From positions 64,001-128,000 of the forward strand of contig CAWGJT010000006.1 of the NCBI GenBank assembly GCA_963822965.1: 64,000 nt of DNA, in the 5' to 3' direction. Position 1 is the first letter of the stretch; each line of letters opens with the position of its first letter. Under the pieces are notes generated by a model. That model was not told where the DNA came from and searched no databases. It worked only from the letters and a program-made list of their open reading frames with translations. Of this stretch, positions 56,236 through 64,000 are shown in pieces. This DNA is from an uncultured delta proteobacterium. GTDB taxonomy: Bacteria > Myxococcota_A > UBA9160 > UBA4427. A program made the translations under genes and the position numbers.

Positions 56236-57936
56236 TCAGAGCGCGGTGCTGATCCACTCGACGAAGTTCGCCCAGTGCCGGGAGAGGTCGTTCCAGAACG
56301 CCAGGGCCATCAGCAGCACGATCAGCACGAGGCCCGTCTGCTGGACGATCTCCCGGGTGCGCACGGAGATCGGGGAGCGCTTCACGCCCTCGACCAGGTA
56401 GATCAGCGCCTGCCCCCCGTCGAGGATCGGGATCGGCAGCAGGTTGACGATGCCGAGGTTGATCGAGATCAGGATCATCGTGCTGAGGTACGCCTGCCAG
56501 CCCAGGTCCAGGGACTTGCGGGCGATCTCGGCGATGCCGATCGGGCCCGGCGAGCTTGTCCGTGCCGACCTCGCCGGAGACGAGCTTCCCGAGCCCCTGC
56601 AGGAATACCACGGTCATGTCGACGGTCATGTCGACGGCGCGCGGAACCGCCACCAGCGGATTGCGCTGGCGGTCGAGGGCCGTCTCGCCGGGCAGCGCCG
56701 CCAGCGCGTGGCCGATGCCGATCTGGTAGACGTCCTCGGACATGCCCTCGATGTCGAGGGGCCCCTCGACCTGGCGCAGGCGGGGCTGGATGGAGACGTT
56801 CCGCGTCTCGCCGTCGCGCGCGTAGGTGATCTCGAGCGGGCGCCCGTGGCTCGTCCGCACGGTGTTGGCGAAGGATTGGAAGCTGCCCACCGGCCGGCCG
56901 TCCACGGCCAGCAGCAGATCGCCCCGCTGCAGACCCGCCTCCTCGGCGGGCGCGCCCGGACGAGACGAGATCGACCAGGATCGTCGCCGAGATGACCCCC
57001 AGCCGGGCGAGGGAGCCTTCCGCCGGCACCTCGACGGTGTGCTCCGTCGGCGTCTCGGATCCGTCTTCGCGGCGCTCCACCCGGAAGCGCACGGGACCCG
57101 ATCCTGCCGGGATCGCCCCGTAGGCCGCCCGCAGCTGCTCCCAGTCCTCCACCGGCACGTCCCCCACGCGCGTCACGCGGTCGCCCGAGCGGAGACCGGC
57201 GCGCGCCGCGGGAACGTCGTGGGAGGGCACCCCGAGCAGGGTCGGCAGGCGCCGACTGCCCAGGCCGATCCAGCCGATCTGGGTGACGTCGCCGAAGGGA
57301 TCGAGCACGCCCCGGCGCTCCAGCGGTACCTCGAAGCGGCGCGACACGCCGTGACGGTCCACCTCGAGCTGCAGGCGACGTGCCCGACGCTTCGGCGATG
57401 GCGCCGCTCACGTCCTGCCACCAGCTCACCGGTCGGTCGTCGACGGAGACGATCCGGTCGCCGGGCTCGAGACCGGCCTCCGCGGCGGGCGACCCCGTCT
57501 CGACCATGCCGACGACGCTCGTCGGGCGCGGCACGCCGATCCACAGCACCACCGCGAAGGCCAGCACGGGCAGGGCCAGGTTCATGGCCGGTCCGGCGAA
57601 CGTGATGAGCAGCTTCTGCCAGGTGCGCTTGGCGGAGAGGTACTCGTCGGGAGCGGCGTCGAGCACCGTCTGCGGCTCGGCCTCGCTGCCGGGCATCGGC
57701 TCGCCGAGCATCTTGACGAAGCCGCCGAGCGGGAACCAGGCGACCACGTACTCGGTTCCCCGGCGCACCCAGCGCATGCGGAAGCGGCCCAGGCCGATGG
57801 GCGGCCCGAAGCCCAGGGAGAACTTGAGCACGCGCACCCCGCAGGCCTTGGCGGCCAGGAAGTGGCCGAGCTCGTGGACGAAGACCAGGGTCCCGAGCAG
57901 GGGAATCGCGGCGAAGAGATAGTCGAACAGGCTCAT
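56236..57936 (-). CDS. rseP: RIP metalloprotease RseP with PDZ domains (apparent frameshifts)
   Basis: VHELGHF, PLGGFVKM, AGPAMN, PDZ repeats, NLLPIPILDGG. Confidence 0.9.
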
Positions 57937-59111
57937 TCGGGCTCCCGGCGGAGAAGCATAGCGCGCCCGCTCGCGCGCCCAGACGGTCCGCGGCGAGCAC
58001 GTCGTCGAGGTCGACGGAGACGACGGCGCCGGCGCGATCGCCGAGGTGGGCCTCCAGGACGCGGTCGTTCACCTCGCTGATGCGCGGCAGGGGGATCTCT
58101 CCCGCCAGGAAGCCGCCACGGCCACCTCGTTGGCGGCGTTCAGCACCGCCGGGCGCCGCCTCGCTGCCCGCCAGGGCGCGAGCGGCCAGGTCGAGGGCCG
58201 GGAAGCGCTTGCGGTCGGGCTCCTCGAAGTCGAGCCGGCCGGTCGCCGCCAGGTCGAGCGACGGCGTGTCGAGGGGGATGCGCTCGGGGTGCGCCAGCGC
58301 CACGGCGATCGGCACGCGCATGTCGGGCAGCCCGAGCTGGGCGATCACCGAGCGATCGACGAACTCGACCAGCGAGTGCACCACCGATTGCGGATGCACC
58401 ACCACGTCGATCGCGTTCGGCGGGCACGTCGAAGAGCCAGCGCGCCTCGACGATCTCGAGCGCCTTGTTCATCAGGGTGGCCGAATCGATCGTGATCTTT
58501 GGCGCCCATGTCCCAGTTCGGGTGCGCGAGGGCCTCCTCGACGCGTGGCACGCGCGATGCGCTCCGCGGGCCAGGTGCGGAAGGGTCCGCCCGAGCACGG
58601 TGAGGATGAGGCGCGCGACGTCCTCGGCCCGCTGCCCGGAGAGGGCCTGGAAGATGGCGCTGTGCTCGCTGTCCACGGGCAGCAGGGTCACCGCCGTGCT
58701 TGCGGACGGCGCGCAGCACCAGCGCGCCGGCCATCACCATCACTTCCTTGTTGGCGAGGGCGACGTCGCGGCCGGCCTCGATGGCCGCGAGCGTCGGCCG
58801 AAGCCCGACGGCGCCCACCAGCGCGGCGACGCACAGATCCGCGGGGTGCGTCGCGACCGCCCGCAGGCCCGCCTCGCCGCACTCGACGGCGAGCGATTCG
58901 CCGAAGCGGGCGCGCAGCGCCTCGGCGTCCGCGGCCTCGCCCGCACCGACACGCGCTCCGGCCGGAAGCGCTCGATCTGGCCGCACAGCTTGTCGACGTT
59001 GCGGCCCGCCGCGAGCGCCACGGCGCGGAAGCGGTCGGGGGCGCCGGCGATCACCTCGAGGGTCTGCTCGCCGACGCTGCCGGTGCTGCCCAGGATGGAG
59101 ACGCGCTTCAC
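57933..59111 (-). CDS. dxr: 1-deoxy-D-xylulose 5-phosphate reductoisomerase (apparent frameshifts)
   Basis: [49 protein letters not shown]. Confidence 0.9.
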
Positions 59112-59154
59112 GAACGCTCCGCGCGATCGTCCAGGGAGGGCGCCTCGGCCTCCT

Positions 59155-59946
59155 CTACCTTCCGGGCCCGACTCGCGGGCCGGTGCCTGTGCGTCCCGGG
59201 CCGCCTCGATCTGCGCGCTGGTCTTGCCGAAGCGCCGCTCGCGCGACTGGTAGTCGCGCACGGCGTCCAGGAGGTCGCTCCCGGCGGAAGTCGGGCCACA
59301 TCACGTCGGTCGTGTAGAGCTCGGTGTAGGCGATCTGCCAGAGCAGGAAGTTCGAGACCCGCGATTCGGCGCCGGTCCGGATCAGCAGGTCGGGATCGGG
59401 CACGCTCCGGCTCGTAGAGGTAGGAGGCGAAGATCTTCTCGTCGATGCCGTGGGGATCGAGCTCGCCCGCCTCGGCGTCCCGCGCGATCTTGCGCGCCGC
59501 GTCGACGATCTCCGTCGCGGCCGCCGTAGGAGAGCGCGAACACCAGCGTCATCGCCTCGTTGTTGCGCGCTGCGCGCGATGGCGCTCTCGACCTGCGCGT
59601 CGGATCTCGGGCGGCAGGCGCTCGAGGCGGCCCATCGCCCGCACGCGGATGCCGTTCTCCATCACCTCGTCGATCTCTTCCTCGAGGTAGCGCTCGAGCA
59701 GGCGCATCAGCTCGCGCACCTCGTCCTGCGGGCGGCCCCAGTTCTCGCTGCGAGAACGCGTAGAGGGTGAGGTAGCGGACGCCGAGATCGTTGGCGGCGC
59801 GCAGCACGGTCGCGGACGGCCTCGATGCCCGCGCGGTGTCCGGCGTTTCGCTCGAGCCCCTGCGCCTCGGCCCAGCGCCCGTTGCCGTCCATGATGATGG
59901 CGACGTGCCGGGGCACGCGGTCGCTGCGAATTTCGTCCTCGGCCAT
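59155..59946 (-). CDS. uppS: Isoprenyl transferase (undecaprenyl diphosphate synthase); apparent frameshifts, 3' end uncertain
   Basis: [29 protein letters not shown]...[16 protein letters not shown]. Confidence 0.9.
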
Positions 59947-60028
59947 GCTGGAACCTCGGTCTTGCGAGCTCTCGCCCCGCCGGCCTCCTCCGGGCACCTT
60001 CCCCGGACGCCGCCGCGGCGACAGGGTC

Positions 60029-60603
60029 TCAGACCTCGAGGACCTCCTTCTCCTTCTCGGCCGTCAGCTCGTCCACGCGCGTGGTGAACGTCGTCGGTGA
60101 GGTCCTGCACGCTCTTCTCCGCGCGGTGGCGGTCGTCCTGGCCGAGACCGCCCTCGCTCTCGAGGTCCTTGAGCATGGAGAGGGCGTCCCGCCGGCCCTC
60201 GCGCACGCCCACCTTGTGGTCCTCGGCCATCTTGCGCACTTGCTTGACGAGATCCTTGCGGCGCTCTTCCGTCAGGGGCGGAATCGGGATGCGGACGACC
60301 TTGCCGTCGTTGTTGGGGGTGAGGCCGAGGTCCGAGGCGAGGATCGCCTTCTCGATGGCGCCGAGCGCGCTCTTGTCGTAGGGCGAGATGACGATCAGGC
60401 GCGGGTCGGGCGTCGTCAGGTTCGCGAGCTGGTTCAGCGGGCGTCGGCGTCCCGAAGTAGTCGACCAGGACCCCGTCGAGCAGGTTCGTGCTGGCGCGTC
60501 CGGTGCGCACCTGCTGGAGCTCCTTGCGGAAGCTCTGGATCGACTTCTCCATCGCGTCCCGCGCTTCGTCCAGCACCACTCGAACGTCTTCGTCCGCTGC
60601 CAT
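60029..60603 (-). CDS. frr: Ribosome recycling factor (apparent frameshifts)
   Basis: [31 protein letters not shown]. Confidence 0.9.
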
Positions 60604-60637
60604 GCTCCGACCTCCCTCGTCTACGCCGTCTGCTCCG

Positions 60638-61351
<714 letters not shown>

Positions 61352-61355
<4 letters not shown>

Positions 61356-62227
61356 CCCGCGGCTCTCCTCCCCGAGCTGGAAGCGCACGAACCCGGTCAC
61401 CGCGACCTCCGCGCCGATGTCCTTGCCCACGGCCCGCACGACGTCGCCCACGCTGTGGTCGGGGTCCTTGACGAAGGCCTGCTCGACGAGGCAGTTCTCC
61501 GCGAAGAACTTCCGCATGCGGCCCTCGACCATCTTCTCGATCACGTTCTCCGGCTTGCCGCTCTGCTCGGCCTGTGCGCGAAGGACCCGCGCTCCGCCTC
61601 GACGGCGTCCGCGCGGCATGCCCGTCTGGTCGACGGACAGGGGCGTCGGGTCGGCGGCCGCCACGTGCATCGCGACGTCCTTGGCCAGCGCCTCGAGCTT
61701 CGCATCCGGACTTGTTCGACGTGATCGAGACGATCACGCCGAGCTTGCCGCCGGCGTGCACGTAGCCCCCGGTGACCCCCGAATCGACCGCCAGCCGCTG
61801 CGACGCGCTTGAGCTCGATGTTCTCGCCGAGCTTGGCGACCGCGGCCTGGATCCGCGCGTCCACGCTCTCGTCCCCGAGGCGGGCCGCCAGGGTCGCCTC
61901 CGCGTCGCTCAACCCGGCGTCCCCGGCGACGAGATCCGCGATCGCCTGGGCGAGGGCCTGGTACTCGTCGGTGCGCGCCACGAAGTCCGTCTCGCAGGCG
62001 AGCTCGATGATGGACGCCACGGGGCCCGCCAGGGACAGCCCGACGACGCCCTCGCTCGTGGCGCGACCGGCGCGCTTGCCGGCCTTGGCGAGGCCGCGCT
62101 CGCGCAGCAGCTCGACGGCGCGCTCGGCGTCGCCCGCGGCGTCGCTGAGCGCGCGCTTGCAGTCCATCATGCCCGCGCCCGTCTGGGTGCGGAGCGCCTT
62201 CACGTCTGCCGCCGAGATGGTGGACAT
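61352..62227 (-). CDS. tsf: Elongation factor Ts (apparent frameshifts)
   Basis: VKALRTQTGAGMMDCK, CETDFVAR, MHVAA, GKPENVIEKMVEGR, FVRFQLGE. Confidence 0.92.
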
Positions 62228-62350
62228 GGTTCCTCGTCTCTCCCTTTTCTCCTGCCGTACCCGCCCGCGGCGCGCTGCGCCGGCGGCCTCGTGGCTCTCG
62301 ATCCATGCGATCCGTGCGATCCGCGGCGCGGCCGCGGACGCCGTCCCGGA

Positions 62351-63421
62351 TCAGCTGTCTTCCGTCGCCTGCCCCTGGGCCCTGGCGCTCGAGGTGAGGT
62401 CGGGCGCCTTCTCGCCGGTCTCCGCGGCCGCGGGAGCCGGCTTGGCCTCGCTCGCGGCGCCGGCCCCTGCGGCTTCACGCTCGGCCCAGCCCCCGGAGCT
62501 GTGGGTGCGACCACCGGCCTGCCCGCGGCCCCGCCGCGGCGGCTGCTTGATCTCCACCACGCGCCGCCCGGTCGCCGGCGCCTGCGCCGAGGACGGCTTG
62601 GCAGCCGGAGCCGCCGCCTTCTCGGTCAGCAGGTCCTTCTGGAACTGCTGCTCGCCCTCGAGACAGGCCTGCGCGAGGAGCGTGCAGTACAGCTCGAGCG
62701 AGCGGATCGCGTCGTCGTTGCCCGGCACCACGAAGTCGATGCCCTCGGGATCGCAGTTCGAGTCGACGACCGCGATGATCGGGATCCCGAGCCGCCGCGC
62801 CTCGCTCACCGCGATCTCCTCCTTGGAGACGTCGATGATGAAGACCACGTCGGGCAGCTTCGTCATCTCGACGATGCCCTCGAGCGACTTGCTGTACTTG
62901 TCACACAGCCGGTTGACGCGCGACAGCTCCTTCTTCGAGAGCGCCTCGCGCTTCTCGTCGTTGTCGCGCAGCTCTCGCAGCTGCTTGTAGCGGTCGATCG
63001 ACTTCCGGACCGTCTTCCAGTTGGTCAGCATGCCGCCCAGCCAGCGGTTCGCGACGTAGAACTGGCCGGCGCGCTGCGAGTGCATCTCGATCAGCGGGGC
63101 GGCCTGTCGCTTGGTGCCGACGAAGAGCACCTTGCCGCCGTGCGCCGTGGTGTCGCGCACGAACTCGAGGGCCTCGCGGAAGAGCGGCAGGGTCTGGTCG
63201 AGATCGAGGATGTGCGTGCCGTTGCGCTCGCCGAAGATGTACTCGCGCATCTTCGGGTTCCAGCGACGCGTCTGGTGTCCGAAGTGGACACCGGCCTCCA
63301 GCAGGGTTCGGATGTTGAGCTCGGGAGCCTCGGCGGAGGCGCTGGGCTCCTGGGCCGCGCGCGTGGCAGCCGCCTCGGCGGCGTCGGGCGTACCCGACGG
63401 GGTCGCCGTCGTTTCGGACAT
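62351..63421 (-). CDS. rpsB: 30S ribosomal protein S2
   Basis: [50 protein letters not shown]. Confidence 0.97.
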   Translation of the reverse strand: MSETTATPSGTPDAAEAAATRAAQEPSASAEAPELNIRTLLEAGVHFGHQTRRWNPKMREYIFGERNGTHILDLDQTLPLFREALEFVRDTTAHGGKVLFVGTKRQAAPLIEMHSQRAGQFYVANRWLGGMLTNWKTVRKSIDRYKQLRELRDNDEKREALSKKELSRVNRLCDKYSKSLEGIVEMTKLPDVVFIIDVSKEEIAVSEARRLGIPIIAVVDSNCDPEGIDFVVPGNDDAIRSLELYCTLLAQACLEGEQQFQKDLLTEKAAAPAAKPSSAQAPATGRRVVEIKQPPRRGRGQAGGRTHSSGGWAEREAAGAGAASEAKPAPAAAETGEKAPDLTSSARAQGQATEDS

Positions 63422-63625
63422 TCCATTCTCCTTCGCGGTTGTGCGTCCGCCCCGACCGTGAATTCCCCGACCCGACCTCCCGCGCTCGCGTTTCTCTCAA
63501 CCTCAACTCGACAGCCGATTACACCCGGGACGCGCGGGCCAGTGCCCGCGCGTGGCCCGCAATCGGGAGGGTCACGCGACCGATGGACGCCGGGCACCGC
63601 AGGGGCGGCCCGGAACGTGTGAGTT
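63422..63625 (-). promoter_or_regulatory. Putative rpsB 5' leader (S2 autoregulatory structure)
   Basis: Long GC-rich untranslated region with CACAC...GCGGTGCC...CAACC elements; positional expectation; not folded computationally. Confidence 0.4.
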
Positions 63626-63726
63626 GGCCGTTGGTTAGCACGTCGATGGGCTCGGGACCAACGGGGACCCCGAGGGAATTCCGCCGCGGGCGGGCGGCGA
63701 GCCCCCCGCCCGACCCCCGTCGTCGC

Positions 63727-64000
63727 TCAGGTCGTGTAGTCGGCGTTGATCCGGACGTAGTCGTAGCTGAGGTCGCAGGTCCAGACGCGGGCGGCGCCGC
63801 GGCCCGCGCCCAGGGACGACCTCGATCTCGATCTCGTCCCGCTCGAGCCGGGTGGCCGCCCGGCGACGCGCGGCCGGGCCCGCGGACGCCCCCTTCCGGA
63901 ACACCGGCACGCCGCACAGGCTGACCGTCGTGCGATCCAGCCGCAGGTCCAGTCGGGCCGCGCCGACCGTCTGCAGGATGCGCCCCCAGTTCGGGTCGCC
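63727..64000 (-). CDS. argJ: Glutamate N-acetyltransferase ArgJ, C-terminal part
   Basis: Manual translation: GDPNWGRI ... WTCDLSYDYVRINADYTT* (one frameshift). Confidence 0.9.
   Translation of the reverse strand, partial: ATRTGGASCRRSARPDWTCGWIARRSACAACRCSGRGRPRARPRVAGRPPGSSGTRSRSRSSLGAGRGAARVWTCDLSYDYVRINADYTT

Overview
Very GC-rich bacterial chromosomal segment. Gene content and order (argJ-rpsB-tsf-pyrH-frr-uppS-dxr-rseP-tsaB, ilvC-pssA-leuA-leuB-asd-like-truA, MshEN and PEGA proteins) suggest Myxococcota/'deltaproteobacteria'; this is inference. The left part holds catabolic/redox genes (two PQQ dehydrogenases, MFS, Zn-ADH, LLM oxidoreductase, MaoC), a gdhA/ackA/P-type H+-ATPase module, two tRNAs, pyrG and rplM-rpsI. 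The right third has many single-base frameshifts in essential genes, best explained as long-read/assembly error. Most notable: (1) a six-gene operon at 47.5-55.4 kb (2x DUF3467-like, GAF-HlyD, PqqD-like/M50 protease/HlyD fusion, truncated SecA-like ATPase, RND-type adaptor) that looks like an ABC-less, SecA-powered type I-like secretion/processing machine between tsaB and ilvC; (2) a 52-codon ORF missed by the ORF track that appears to be a phosphoketolase collapsed by two in-frame deletions; (3) an intact tyrosine-recombinase-like gene lacking its catalytic residues, with a structured upstream region; (4) a 23-bp minisatellite overlapping a gene's 3' end. All family assignments come from motif recognition by eye; no searches were run.
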